Source: an uncultured Acidobacteriota bacterium (GTDB lineage Bacteria > Acidobacteriota > Thermoanaerobaculia > UBA5066). From it: a stretch of 64,000 bases of DNA. The notes beneath the pieces were generated by a model that was not told the DNA's origin, ran no database searches, and saw nothing but the letters and a program-made list of their open reading frames with translations. The stretch covers positions 544,001-608,000 of the forward strand of contig CAVZYA010000002.1 in NCBI GenBank assembly GCA_963779415.1. The letters run 5' to 3'. Both the position numbers and the translations under genes were made by a program. This document shows, piece after piece, positions 50,425 to 60,541 of this stretch; positions within the stretch are counted from its first letter, which is position 1, and every line of letters starts with the position of its first letter.

Positions 50425-51422
50425 CGGGACGCCGCCTCTCGCCCGCCGCGGCGGGCCTCGCGCTCTCGGCCCTCCTTCTCGCCGCGCTCGTCGGATCGCT
50501 CCTCGTCGGAAGCGTGCCGCTTTCGCCGGTCGAGGTTTTCCGTGCACTCTCCGGAAACGGCGACCCGGCGGTCACGACGATCGTCCGGGAGCTCCGTCTC
50601 CCGCGCGCGCTCCTGGCGGCTCTCGTGGGCGGGGCACTGGCGTTGTCGGGGGCCGCGCTCCAGGCCCTCCTCCAGAACCCGCTCGCGGACCCGTACCTTC
50701 TCGGCGTCTCGGGGGGCGCCGCGTGCGGGACTCTCGTCGGCTCGCTCCTCGGCCTCTCGGCGGCCGGTGCGCTCGGCCGGGCGGCGCTTCCGATCGCGGC
50801 GTTCCTCGGTGCGCTCGCGGCCGTCCTCCTCGTGGGGCTCGGCGCCTCGGTGGCCGGCCGGCTCGATCGGGGCCGGCTCCTCCTCTCGGGCGTCGTCGTC
50901 AACGCCCTCGCGTCGGCCGTTCTCCTTTTTCTCCTGTCGTGGGGGGACGCGGCGCGAACGCAAGGCTTCGTCTTCTGGATGCTCGGGTCGCTCGCGGGGG
51001 CGACGCACGAGGCGGCCGCGACGCTCGCAGTCTACGCGGCTCTCGGGCTCGCAGGCCTCCTTCCTCTCGCGAGGGCTTTCGACGCGCTGGCCCTCGGCGA
51101 GGAGACGGCGTTCACGCTCGGAGTCCCCGTAGAGAAGGTCAAGCGGGCGGCGTACCTCGCGGCCTCGCTCCTCGCCGCGGCGGCGGTCTCGGTCTCGGGA
51201 ATCATCGGGTTCGTCGGCCTCCTCGTCCCGCACGCGGCACGGCTGGTGGCCCGTTCCCACCGGTCGCTCCTGCTCCTCTCCTTCGCGGGGGGAGCGCTTC
51301 TGCTCGTCCTGGCCGACACGGCCGCGCGGTCGCTCTTTTCGCCCGCCGAGATCTCCGTCGGGGCGCTGACGGCGCTCCTCGGCGCTCCGGCCTTTCTCGT
51401 CCTGATGCGGCGGCGCGCGTGA
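50421..51422 (+). CDS. FecCD/BtuC family ABC permease
   Basis: LRLPRALLA, QNPLADPYLLGVSGGA, GIIGFVGLLVPH, GAPAFL. Confidence 0.92.
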   Translation: MTGRRLSPAAAGLALSALLLAALVGSLLVGSVPLSPVEVFRALSGNGDPAVTTIVRELRLPRALLAALVGGALALSGAALQALLQNPLADPYLLGVSGGAACGTLVGSLLGLSAAGALGRAALPIAAFLGALAAVLLVGLGASVAGRLDRGRLLLSGVVVNALASAVLLFLLSWGDAARTQGFVFWMLGSLAGATHEAAATLAVYAALGLAGLLPLARAFDALALGEETAFTLGVPVEKVKRAAYLAASLLAAAAVSVSGIIGFVGLLVPHAARLVARSHRSLLLLSFAGGALLLVLADTAARSLFSPAEISVGALTALLGAPAFLVLMRRRA

Positions 51423-52189
51423 TGCGGCTCGAGAGGGTCTCGGCAGGCTACGGGGAGCGGGACGTGCTGCACGGCGTCACTCTCGGCGTGCCGCGGGGCG
51501 CGATCGTCGCCCTTCTCGGCGAGAACGGTGCGGGAAAGACGACGCTCCTGAAGCTCCTCGCGGGGCTTCTTCGCCCGCGCTCGGGGACGGTTCTCCTGGG
51601 CGACCGGCCGTTCGAGGCGGCGCCCCGCCGCGAGGCGGCCCGGCGGATCGGGTATCTCCCGCAGGGCTTCGAGCCGCTCTTCCCGATGCGTGCTCTCGAT
51701 GCCGTTCTTCTCGGTCGGATACCCCACCGGGGTCGGTTTGCAGCTCCCGGGCCGGCCGACCTCGCGGTCGCCCGCCGCGCCCTCGCGGAGCTGGACGCCG
51801 AGGCCTTCGCCGAGGCCGACCTCAGGGAAATGAGCGGCGGCGAGCGTCAGCGTGTCCTCCTGGCCCGTGTCTTCGCCGGGGATCCCGAGGTGATGCTCCT
51901 CGACGAGCCGACGGCGAGCCTCGACCCGCGGCACCGTCTCGTCGTCCTCGAAGCGCTCCGGCGCCGGGCCGCGGCAGGCGCGGCGATCCTTCTTTCGACG
52001 CACGAGCTGGAGTTCGCCGCCGGGGCCGACCGCGCCGTTCTCCTCGCGGAAGGGCGCGTCCTCGCCGAGGGACCCGCCCGGGAGACCCTCACCGCTCCGC
52101 TTCTGTCGAAGCTCTTCGGCGTCGTGGCCCGGGTCGTCCCGCTTCCCGACGGGACGCCGCTCATCTCGCTGGCGCGCCCCGTCGAGTAA
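51422..52189 (+). CDS. ABC ATP-binding protein (FecE/BtuD-like)
   Basis: GENGAGKTT, YLPQ, MSGGERQR, LLDEPT, STHE. Confidence 0.92.
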   Translation: MRLERVSAGYGERDVLHGVTLGVPRGAIVALLGENGAGKTTLLKLLAGLLRPRSGTVLLGDRPFEAAPRREAARRIGYLPQGFEPLFPMRALDAVLLGRIPHRGRFAAPGPADLAVARRALAELDAEAFAEADLREMSGGERQRVLLARVFAGDPEVMLLDEPTASLDPRHRLVVLEALRRRAAAGAAILLSTHELEFAAGADRAVLLAEGRVLAEGPARETLTAPLLSKLFGVVARVVPLPDGTPLISLARPVE

Positions 52190-52206
52190 CATCCGGACCT
52201 TCCGTC

Positions 52207-53049
52207 ATGTGGTTCCGCAAGGACAAGACCCCGCGCCCCGTCCGCAACCGCAGCTCCGCGTCGCTCGGCGAGGGGCTTTTCCTGAAGTGCGACGGGTGCC
52301 GGGAGACGCTCTACGCCAAGGAGGTCGAGCGGAACCAGCAGGTCTGCCCGAAATGCCGGTTCCACTTCCACCTCCCGGCCGAAGCCCGGCAGAAGCTCCT
52401 CCTCGACGAGGGCTCCGTCCGACCCCTCTTCGGCGGCATCCGCTCCACCGACCCGCTGAAGTTCCGGGACTCGAAGCGCTACCGCGACCGACTGAAGGAG
52501 TACGAGGCCCGCACCGGTCGGCCGGACGCCATCCTCGCGGCATCCGGGGCGCTCGAAGGACGGCCCGTCGTCGTGGCGGTTCTCGACTACGCCTTCATGG
52601 GGGGGTCGATGGGATCGGCCGTCGGCGAGGTGGTCACCCGCTGCGCGGAGCTCTCCCTCGCCGAGCGATGGCCGCTGATCCTCGTCTCGGCGTCGGGCGG
52701 GGCGCGGATGCAGGAGGGGATCCTCTCCCTCATGCAGATGGCGAAGATCTCGGCCGCTCTCGCGAGGCTCTCGGAAGGGCGGGTTCCGTGCATCTCCGTC
52801 CTGACCGATCCGACGACGGGGGGCGTCACGGCCTCCTTCGCGATGCAGGGGGACGTCATCCTCGCCGAGCCGAAGGCCCTCATCGGCTTCGCCGGGCCGC
52901 GCGTCATCGAACAGACGATCCGGCAGACCCTTCCGGAGGGGTTCCAGCGGTCCGAGTTCCTCCTCGAGCACGGCTTCATCGACGCCGTCGTCCCGCGGCC
53001 GGAGATGAAGGCGACGATCGGAACGCTCCTTTCGCTCCTCGCGGCGTGA
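52207..53049 (+). CDS. accD: Acetyl-CoA carboxylase carboxyltransferase beta subunit
   Basis: CxxC...CxxC zinc finger, FMGGSMG, SGGARMQEG, PTTGGV, GFAGPRVIEQT. Confidence 0.97.
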   Translation: MWFRKDKTPRPVRNRSSASLGEGLFLKCDGCRETLYAKEVERNQQVCPKCRFHFHLPAEARQKLLLDEGSVRPLFGGIRSTDPLKFRDSKRYRDRLKEYEARTGRPDAILAASGALEGRPVVVAVLDYAFMGGSMGSAVGEVVTRCAELSLAERWPLILVSASGGARMQEGILSLMQMAKISAALARLSEGRVPCISVLTDPTTGGVTASFAMQGDVILAEPKALIGFAGPRVIEQTIRQTLPEGFQRSEFLLEHGFIDAVVPRPEMKATIGTLLSLLAA

Positions 53050-54251
53050 GCGGCCTCGCCTGGCTCGAGGCGATCGGGCCTCAACGGATCCGCCCCGGCC
53101 TCGACCGGACGCGTGCCCTTCTCGAGTCGCTCGGACGCCCCGAGCGCGCCTTCCGTTCGGTCCTCGTCGCCGGGACGAACGGGAAGGGCTCGACGGCGGC
53201 CGCGCTCTCCTCGATCCTGACACAGGCCGGGGTCCGTGCGGGCCTCTATACGTCGCCGCATCTCGTCCGGGTGACCGAGCGGATCCGGACGGGGGAGGCG
53301 GACGTCCCGGCGGCGCTTCTCGACGACGCCCTTTCCCTCGTCGCCGCCGTCGCGGGACCGGGGGAGCGCGGGCCGACCTATTTCGAGGCGCTGACGGTCG
53401 CCGCGCTCGAGATCTTCCGGCGGGAGAGAGTCGAGGTGGCGATCCTCGAGGTCGGGATCGGGGGCCGGCTCGACGCGACGAACGTCGTGGAGCCGGAGCT
53501 CTCGATCGTCACGAACATCGGGGCCGACCACCTCGAGGTCCTGGGCCCTTCGCTGGTCGATGTCGCACGCGAGAAGGCGGGAGTCTTCCGGCGGGGACAG
53601 CCGGCTCTCGTCGGGGCGGGCAGCTCGCCGCCGGAGGCGATGGCCGTCCTCCGCGCGGAAGCGACGCGGGTCGGCGCCCGGCTCGTGGAGGTCCCGCCGG
53701 ACGCCCGCTTCGAGAGCGAATCACCTCTCCCCGGCCGGCACCAGCGGGCCAACCTCGCTCTCGCCGTCGCCGCGGCCCGCGCAATCACGCCGCTTCCGGA
53801 GGAGACGGTCCGCTCCGGGATCCGCGCCATCCGCTGGCCGGGCCGACTCCAGCGCGTGGAGCGGGCGGGGAGGCGGCCGCTCCTCCTCGACGGGGCGCAC
53901 AACCCCGACGGCGCCCTCGCTCTCGCGGCGTACCTCGACGAAGAGGGCCTTTCGGGCCGTGTCGATCTTCTCTTCGGCGCGATGGCCGACAAGAACGTGG
54001 AGGGAATCGCCGCGCCCCTTCTCGCGCGGGCCCGGCGCGTCGTCTTCGTTGCGGCCGGCTCGCCGCGCGCGGCCTCGCCGCCGTCCCTCAGGGAGCGGCT
54101 CGGGCGGGCGGACGCCGAGACCGCCGACTCCGTCGCCGACGCTCTCGCCCGTCTCGATGCCGTAGGACCGGACGCGACGCCCGTCCTCGTCGCCGGGTCG
54201 CTCTACGTCGTCGGCGAGGTCCTCGGACATCTGGAAGCCCGCTCCGGATAG
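53046..54251 (+). CDS. folC: Folylpolyglutamate synthase / dihydrofolate synthase
   Basis: AGTNGKGS, YTSPHL, EVGIGGRLDATN, REKAG, WPGR, DGAHNP, GSLYVVG; accD-folC synteny. Confidence 0.95.
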   Translation: MSGLAWLEAIGPQRIRPGLDRTRALLESLGRPERAFRSVLVAGTNGKGSTAAALSSILTQAGVRAGLYTSPHLVRVTERIRTGEADVPAALLDDALSLVAAVAGPGERGPTYFEALTVAALEIFRRERVEVAILEVGIGGRLDATNVVEPELSIVTNIGADHLEVLGPSLVDVAREKAGVFRRGQPALVGAGSSPPEAMAVLRAEATRVGARLVEVPPDARFESESPLPGRHQRANLALAVAAARAITPLPEETVRSGIRAIRWPGRLQRVERAGRRPLLLDGAHNPDGALALAAYLDEEGLSGRVDLLFGAMADKNVEGIAAPLLARARRVVFVAAGSPRAASPPSLRERLGRADAETADSVADALARLDAVGPDATPVLVAGSLYVVGEVLGHLEARSG

Positions 54252-54261
54252 GATCGGTGCG

Positions 54262-55623
54262 ATGGCCGAAGCCCCGATTCCGCCCGTCGTCGCATTCAAC
54301 AAGGCCCAGATCGAAGCCGCCGAGGACGAGAGGCTCGCCCTCTACGCGGCGCGGGCCTGCCGGGCGACACGCCGGTACGAGACGGCGGGGGAGGGGCGCA
54401 CCTACGACTACCGGACCGAGTTCCAGCGCGACCGCGACCGGATCGTCCACTCACGCGCCTTCCGGCGGCTCAAGCACAAGACGCAGGTCTTCATCCCGTT
54501 CGAGGGAGACCACTACCGGACGCGCCTCACGCACACGCTCGAGGTGACGCAGGTGGCCCGGACGATGGCGCGGGCCCTCGGCCTGAACGAGGACCTGACC
54601 GAAGCGTGCGCTCTCGGGCACGACCTCGGGCACACGCCGTTCGGCCATTCCGGCGAGAAGGTCCTGAACCGGATCCTCTCGGGGGGAGAGGCCGCGATCC
54701 CCCTCGAGCCGCGGGTCGCGGCGCAGGCCGGGGCGTTCAAGCACAACTACCAGTCAGTCCGCGTCGTCGACGTTCTCGAGAAGCGGTACGAGCACCCGGG
54801 TCTCAACCTGACGAACGAGACGCGCGAGGGGATCCTCAAGCACACGACCTGGAAGCGGGATTTCAACTTCCCCGACATCGACCCCGAGGGGCTGAACCTC
54901 TCCTCGGGCTGTCACCTCGAGGGGCAGGCCGTCGAGTGGGCGGACGAATTCGCCCAGCAGGCGCACGACCTCGAGGACGGACTTTCTCTCGTCGGCCTCG
55001 AGCGGGCCCTCTCGCTCCCGATCGCGAAGACCGTGGCCGAGGCGCTCGGAGATCCCTTCGCCGCCGCGCCGGACGGCACCGTCAAGCGCGCGATGCTGAT
55101 CCGCGGGATCATCCACCTCCTCGTCACCGACCTGATCACCGCCTCGCGCGTGACGATCGAGCGGTGGCTCACCCAGCGGCGGATCGTGACCCCCGCCGAC
55201 TTCAGGGCCAACCGGCGGAAGCTCCCGGCGTCGCTCGTCGCTCCCTCGAAGACGGGAGACCGCCTCTACCGCGAGCTGAAGGAGTTCATCTACCAGCGCA
55301 TCATCCACAGCCACCGCGTCTCGCAGCACGACGAACGGGCGCATCTCGTCCTCGTGACGCTCTTTTCCGCTTACTACCGGAACCCGCGCCTCCTCCCCGA
55401 CGACGTCCTTCTCCGTTATCGCGACCTTGCCGGTGTCGCGTACCTGCGGGACATCCCGCTGAAGCGGCTCGAGACGGAGATCGCGGGGAGCTATCTCAAA
55501 AAGCCGCTCTTCCTCCGCTCCATCGCCGATTACCTCGCCGGGATGACCGACAGCTACGCCCTCGGCGAATACGACACGATGGTCTCGGCCTATCCACGGC
55601 GCCGCACGGGGAGCCCGGACTGA
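54262..55623 (+). CDS. dgt: dNTP triphosphohydrolase (dGTPase family)
   Basis: FQRDRDRIVHSRAFRRLKHKTQVF, RTRLTHTLEV, HDLGHTPFGH.GE, DYLAGMTD. Confidence 0.92.
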   Translation: MAEAPIPPVVAFNKAQIEAAEDERLALYAARACRATRRYETAGEGRTYDYRTEFQRDRDRIVHSRAFRRLKHKTQVFIPFEGDHYRTRLTHTLEVTQVARTMARALGLNEDLTEACALGHDLGHTPFGHSGEKVLNRILSGGEAAIPLEPRVAAQAGAFKHNYQSVRVVDVLEKRYEHPGLNLTNETREGILKHTTWKRDFNFPDIDPEGLNLSSGCHLEGQAVEWADEFAQQAHDLEDGLSLVGLERALSLPIAKTVAEALGDPFAAAPDGTVKRAMLIRGIIHLLVTDLITASRVTIERWLTQRRIVTPADFRANRRKLPASLVAPSKTGDRLYRELKEFIYQRIIHSHRVSQHDERAHLVLVTLFSAYYRNPRLLPDDVLLRYRDLAGVAYLRDIPLKRLETEIAGSYLKKPLFLRSIADYLAGMTDSYALGEYDTMVSAYPRRRTGSPD

Positions 55624-55652
55624 CCCCCCCGGGGGGCGCTAAGATCCCGTGG

Positions 55653-56090
55653 ATGCGGATCGCCTTCGGGGCCGACCACGCCGGCTTCGCGTTGAAGGAG
55701 ACCCTGAAGAAGCACGCCGCCGCCCGGGGAAACGAAATCCTCGACCTCGGAACCTCCTCGACCGAATCCGTCGACTATCCCGACTTCGGACGGGCCGTCG
55801 GCGAGGCCGTGGCCGGCGGCCGTGCCGACCGCGGCGTGGCCGTCTGCGGGACGGGGATCGGGATCGCGATCGCGGCGAACAAGGTGCGGGGGATCCGCGC
55901 CGGCGTCCCGAACGACCTCTTCGCGACGCGACTCATGCGCGAGCACAACGACGCGAACGTCATCGCCTTCGGGGCGCGACTCGTCGCCCCGCCGCTCGCC
56001 GAGGCGATGCTCGACCTCTTTCTCGAAACCCCCTTCGCCGGCGGCCGCCACGAGCGGCGGGTGAAGAAGCTGAACGGAGAGACCCCATGA
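55653..56090 (+). CDS. rpiB: Ribose-5-phosphate isomerase B
   Basis: ADHAG, DYPD, CGTGIG...ANK, HNDAN, GGRHERR; rpiB-glyA synteny. Confidence 0.95.
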   Translation: MRIAFGADHAGFALKETLKKHAAARGNEILDLGTSSTESVDYPDFGRAVGEAVAGGRADRGVAVCGTGIGIAIAANKVRGIRAGVPNDLFATRLMREHNDANVIAFGARLVAPPLAEAMLDLFLETPFAGGRHERRVKKLNGETP

Positions 56091-57371
56091 CGACGACCGT
56101 CTCCGCCCCGCCCCGGCCGATCAACCGCCCGCTCGCCGAGGTCGACCCCGAGATCGCCGCCGTCCTCGACCGAGAGCTGGCCCGCCAGCGCGAGGGAATC
56201 GAGCTGATCGCCTCGGAGAACTTCACCTCCCGGGCGGTCCTCGCGGCGATGGGCTCGGTCCTGACGAACAAGTACGCCGAGGGGTATCCCGGCCGCCGCT
56301 ACTACGGCGGCTGCGTGAACGTGGACGAAGGGGAGTCGCTCGCCATCTCGCGGGCGAAGGCTCTCTTTTCGCCGGAGAACCCGGACGCCGTTCATGCGAA
56401 CGTTCAGCCCCACTCGGGCTCGCAGGCGAACGCCGCCGTCTACATGGCATGCCTCAAGCCGGGCGAAACGCTCCTCGGGATGTCGCTCTCGCACGGCGGC
56501 CACCTGACGCACGGCCACCCGCTCAACGTCTCCGGGAAGCTCTACCACGTCGTCGCGTACGGCGTCACGAAGGAGACCGAGCGGATCGACTACGACGAGC
56601 TCCTGAAGATCGCCGAGCAGGAGAAGCCGAAGCTGATCGTGGCGGGGGCTTCGGCCTATCCCCGGACGCTCGATTTCCCGGCGTTCCGGAAGGTCGCCGA
56701 CGCCGTCGGGGCGCTCCTGATGGTCGACATGGCGCACATCGCCGGCCTGATCGCCACGGGGCTCCACCCGTCACCGGTCGGACACGCGCACTTCGTCACG
56801 ACGACGACGCACAAGACGCTCCGCGGCCCGCGCGCGGGACTCATCCTCTACGACGCCGGAGTGGGCCAAGGAGATCGACAAGGCGGTCTTCCCCGGCCAG
56901 CAGGGGGGCCCGCTCGAGCACATCATCGCGGCGAAGGCCGTCGCGCTGAAGGAGGCGGCGGCGCCGGAGTTCCGGACCTACCAGCGGCAGGTCGTCGAGA
57001 ACGCGCGCGTCTTCGCCGACGCCGTCGCGTCGCACGGCTTCCGGATCGTCTCGGGAGGCACCGACAACCACCTCTTCCTCGTCGACGTCGGGAAGAAGGG
57101 GCTGACGGGAAAGGTCGCCGAAAAAGCGCTCGACGCGGCCGGAATCACGGTGAACAAGAACACGATCCCCTTCGACCCGAATCCGCCGATGGTGACGTCG
57201 GGCCTCCGGATCGGGACCCCCGCCGTCACGACCCGGGGAATGGGGCCGAAGGAGATGACGACGATCGCGGGGTGGATGGCCGAGGTCCTCGCGGCACCGG
57301 AGGACGTGGCGGTCCAGCAGAAGGTTCACGGAAAGGTCCGAGAACTCGCGGCTTCTTTCCCGCTTTACTAG
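56087..57371 (+). CDS. glyA: Serine hydroxymethyltransferase; +1 frameshift ~56859
   Basis: [45 protein letters not shown]; after the shift [33 protein letters not shown]. Confidence 0.95.
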
Positions 57372-57373
57372 TT

Positions 57374-57437
57374 TTCGGGGGGTGCGACGACCGTCATCGC
57401 CCGGGAGACGCCGGGTTCGCACCCCCCGCGCCCCCCT
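57374..57437. repeat. G-rich palindromic extragenic repeat, copy B
   Basis: Same 12-bp stem and tail as 18418-18480 with a different loop; overlaps the 3' end of the GT2 gene. Confidence 0.75.
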
Positions 57438-58158
57438 GACGCCGCATCGTCCGCGAGACGCGATAGCGGATGCGCAGGACGTCGAGGTAGGCCTGCGCGC
57501 CGGCGAGGAGCGTGACGCGCGAGTCGGGGGAGTCGAACCAGAGGACCGGGACCTCGGCGATCGGAAAGCCGAGCTTCCGGGCGAGGAGAAGAGCTTCCAC
57601 GTCCCAGGCGAACCGGTCCACCGTCGCGAGCGAGAAGACGGCCGCGGCCGCCTCGCGCGAGAAGAGCTTGAAGCCGCACTGCGTGTCGTGGATTCCCGGG
57701 ACGGCGGCGATCCGGACGAGGAGGTTGAAGAGCTTTCCCATCGCGACGCGGTAGAAGGGCTGGCTCTCTTTCACGAGCGTCGCGTCGACGGCGCGTGACC
57801 CGATCGCGACCGGAGCGCGCGCGGCAGCGAGCTTCTCCCACTCCCCGATCGGCGTCGAGAAGTCGGCGTCGGAGACGAGGACCTGCTTCCCCTCGGCCGC
57901 GAGGGCGCCGGCGCGGACGGCCGCTCCTTTCCCCCGGTTCCGGGGGAATCGGACGACGCGAAGCGAAAGTCCGAGCCGCCGCCCCGCCTCCTCGGCGCGC
58001 GCCGCCGTCCGGTCTCCCGATCCGTCGTCCACGACGACGACCTCGACGGAGAGGGACTCCTTCCGGCCGGAGAGATAGGCGGCGAGAGCCTCGAGCGAGA
58101 CGGGGAGGCGCGCCTCCTCGTGGTACGCCGGGATGACGATCGAGAGGTCGGGCCTCAC
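57394..58158 (-). CDS. Glycosyltransferase family 2 (polyprenol-phosphate glycosyltransferase-like)
   Basis: [47 protein letters not shown]. Confidence 0.92.
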   Translation of the reverse strand: MRPDLSIVIPAYHEEARLPVSLEALAAYLSGRKESLSVEVVVVDDGSGDRTAARAEEAGRRLGLSLRVVRFPRNRGKGAAVRAGALAAEGKQVLVSDADFSTPIGEWEKLAAARAPVAIGSRAVDATLVKESQPFYRVAMGKLFNLLVRIAAVPGIHDTQCGFKLFSREAAAAVFSLATVDRFAWDVEALLLARKLGFPIAEVPVLWFDSPDSRVTLLAGAQAYLDVLRIRYRVSRTMRRQGGAGGANPASPGR

Positions 58159-58850
58159 GCCGGGGCGGCCTCGAAGACGAACTGATAGCCGAAAAGCGTC
58201 GGCCAGAGCCGCGCCGAAAGAAGCGCTCCTCCCCGGACGAGCCGGGCGATCGGCGGCCGGCCGAGTGCCGGAAGGGCCAGCTCCACGGGCATGGCCGTGG
58301 CGGCGACGCGGACGACACGGTAGCCGGCGGATTCGAGGAGAGCGCGTCCCGTGCGACGCGTGAAGAAGCGGAGGTGCGTCTCGTCGAGGATTCCGCGCGA
58401 GGCGTAGTCGAACCGGCCGGCGAGGAGGCCGAGCCGGACGGTCACGTTCGCGACGTTCGGGAGGGAGACGAGGAGGACGCCTGCGGGCTTCACGAACCGG
58501 TGGAGGAGGCGGAGCGCCCGCCCCGGCTCCTCGAGGTGCTCGAGGACGTCTCCCGCGACGACGACGTCGAAAGGCGATTCGTCGAGGGACTCCAGCGACT
58601 CGAGGAGGTGGCCCTGGGCGCATCGATCGAAAAGACCCGCCGAGGCGCGCGCCGCTTCCGGGTCGAGCTCGATCCCGGCGAGGAACGTGCAGCGCTCCCG
58701 GACCCGGCGCGCCAGCTCGCCCGCGCCGAAACCGACGTCGAGGAGACGAAGACCGGCCCCTCTCGCTTCGATCTTCTCGAGAAGCATCTCGTGCGAGGAG
58801 CCGGGGATCGGCTTCCAGGGATAGCGCGGCGCGGCGTCTCCGGCGCTCAG
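58155..58850 (-). CDS. Class I SAM-dependent methyltransferase (probable CTG start; ATG alternative ~58788)
   Basis: LLDVGFGAG, GIELD, FDVVVAGDVLEHL, SLPN, GILDETHLRFFT. Confidence 0.88.
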   Translation of the reverse strand: MSAGDAAPRYPWKPIPGSSHEMLLEKIEARGAGLRLLDVGFGAGELARRVRERCTFLAGIELDPEAARASAGLFDRCAQGHLLESLESLDESPFDVVVAGDVLEHLEEPGRALRLLHRFVKPAGVLLVSLPNVANVTVRLGLLAGRFDYASRGILDETHLRFFTRRTGRALLESAGYRVVRVAATAMPVELALPALGRPPIARLVRGGALLSARLWPTLFGYQFVFEAAPA

Positions 58851-60541
58851 ACGGGAGACCTCTGCACGATCGGGATCCGGCGGCCGGTGCCGAAAGCCTT
58901 CATCGAGACCTTGAGCCCCGGCGCAGCCTGGGCCCTCTTGTACTCCGCGCGGTCGAGCTGTCCCGCGATCTTCCGGACGAGGGCGAGGGGCGCCCTCACG
59001 CGGCGTGCCGTCGTCGCGGCGGAGAGGTTCCGCTCCACCAGCGCCTCGAGGATCGCGTCGAGAACGTCGTAGGGCGGGAGCGAGTCCTGGTCCGTCTGGT
59101 CCGGCCTGAGCTCGGCCGACGGGGGCTTCTCGAGGCTCTCTTCCGGGATCAGGGGGCGGCCAGCGCGGGCGTTCAGGTAGCGGGCGAGTTCGTAAACACG
59201 CGTCTTCGGCAGGTCGGAGATCGGCGCGAGGCCGCCGCTCATGTCGCCGTAGAGCGTGCAGTAGCCGACGGCCAGCTCGCTCTTGTTTCCGGTCGTCAGG
59301 AGAAGCGGTCCGAGCTTGTTCGAGACCGCCATCAGGAGAAGGCCCCGAAGCCGCGACTGGATGTTCTCCTCCGTCACGTCCTCGGGGCGTCCGGAGAAGA
59401 GCGGAGCGAGCGCCTCCTTCGCCGCGGCGAACGAGCGGTCGATCGGAAGAAGCTCGAACCGGATCCCGAGGTTCGCGGCAAGGGTCCGGGCGTCCTCGAC
59501 CGATCCCGGCGAGGAGTAGGGAGACGGGAGGCCGAAGCCGGTCACGTTCGCGCCCCCGAGGGCATCGACCGCGAGGGAGGCGACGAGGGCGGAGTCGATG
59601 CCGCCCGAGAGGCCGAGGATGGCCGTCGCAAAGCCGCACTTCCCGGCGTAGTCCCGGATCCCGAGAACGAGGGCGCGCCGGAGCGACTCGAGGGCGTTCC
59701 CTTCGGCGTCGTCGGGCAGGTCTTCCGGCGCTCCTCCGGCGACGGGAACGACGCCGCGCGGGGCCGGACCCTTCGGCAGATCGACGACGAGGAAGTCCTC
59801 CGCGAAGAGGGCTCCGCGTGCCGCGACCTTGCCGCGGCCGTCGAGAACGATCGTCCCGCCGTCGAAGACGAGCTCGTCGTTCCCGCCCACGAGGTTCACG
59901 TAGGCCACCGGGACGCGGCCGTCCCGCGAAAGGCGCGCGAGCATCCGGCGCCGGAGGCGCGGCTTCCCCTCGCTGAAGGGAGAAGCCGAGATGTTGAGGA
60001 TCAGTGTCGCGCCGCGCCGGACCATCTCTTCGCCCGGGTCCAGCCTGTAGAGGCGGCGGGAACGCCAGAAGTCCTTGTCGTTCCAGAGATCCTCGCAGAT
60101 CGAGAGCCCGAGCCGCTCGCCGCCGAAGGGGACGACGATGCCGGAGGTTCCCGGCTCGAAATGGCGTGCCTCGTCGAAGACGTCGTACGTCGGGAGGAGG
60201 AGCTTCTTCGCGACGGCCCGGATCCGGCCCCGGTGGAGGAGGACGGCGGCGTTGAAGAACGGCTTGCCGGTCCTCCGCGGGTTCGGGAGGAACGTCCCGA
60301 CGAGGAGGGCGGTCTCCTTCGTCCGGCGCGCGAGGCTCCGGAGCGCTCGCGCCGCTTCGCGCTGGAACGCGGGGCGGTCGATGAGGTCGCGGGGCGGGTA
60401 GCCGCAGAGGGCCATCTCGGGCACCGCGAGGAGATGGGCCCCCGCCGCTTCCGCGCGGCCGAGAGCGGCGACGATCTTCGCGGTGTTTCCCCGGAAGTCG
60501 CCGACGGTCGTGTCGAGCTGCGAGAGGGCGAGGCGCATCAC
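58847..60541 (-). CDS. nadE: Glutamine-dependent NAD+ synthetase
   Basis: Nitrilase domain (PE..LCGYPP.D, K.LLPTYDVFDE, ICEDLW); GLSGGIDS, ENIQSR, GNKSE..GYCTLYGD, PSAELRPDQ. Confidence 0.96.
   Translation of the reverse strand: MMRLALSQLDTTVGDFRGNTAKIVAALGRAEAAGAHLLAVPEMALCGYPPRDLIDRPAFQREAARALRSLARRTKETALLVGTFLPNPRRTGKPFFNAAVLLHRGRIRAVAKKLLLPTYDVFDEARHFEPGTSGIVVPFGGERLGLSICEDLWNDKDFWRSRRLYRLDPGEEMVRRGATLILNISASPFSEGKPRLRRRMLARLSRDGRVPVAYVNLVGGNDELVFDGGTIVLDGRGKVAARGALFAEDFLVVDLPKGPAPRGVVPVAGGAPEDLPDDAEGNALESLRRALVLGIRDYAGKCGFATAILGLSGGIDSALVASLAVDALGGANVTGFGLPSPYSSPGSVEDARTLAANLGIRFELLPIDRSFAAAKEALAPLFSGRPEDVTEENIQSRLRGLLLMAVSNKLGPLLLTTGNKSELAVGYCTLYGDMSGGLAPISDLPKTRVYELARYLNARAGRPLIPEESLEKPPSAELRPDQTDQDSLPPYDVLDAILEALVERNLSAATTARRVRAPLALVRKIAGQLDRAEYKRAQAAPGLKVSMKAFGTGRRIPIVQRSPV

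Noticed and set aside
54262-55623. dGTPase as an anti-phage defence system
   Set aside because: Sits in a housekeeping accD-folC-dgt-rpiB-glyA run with host-like composition; no defence-island neighbours.
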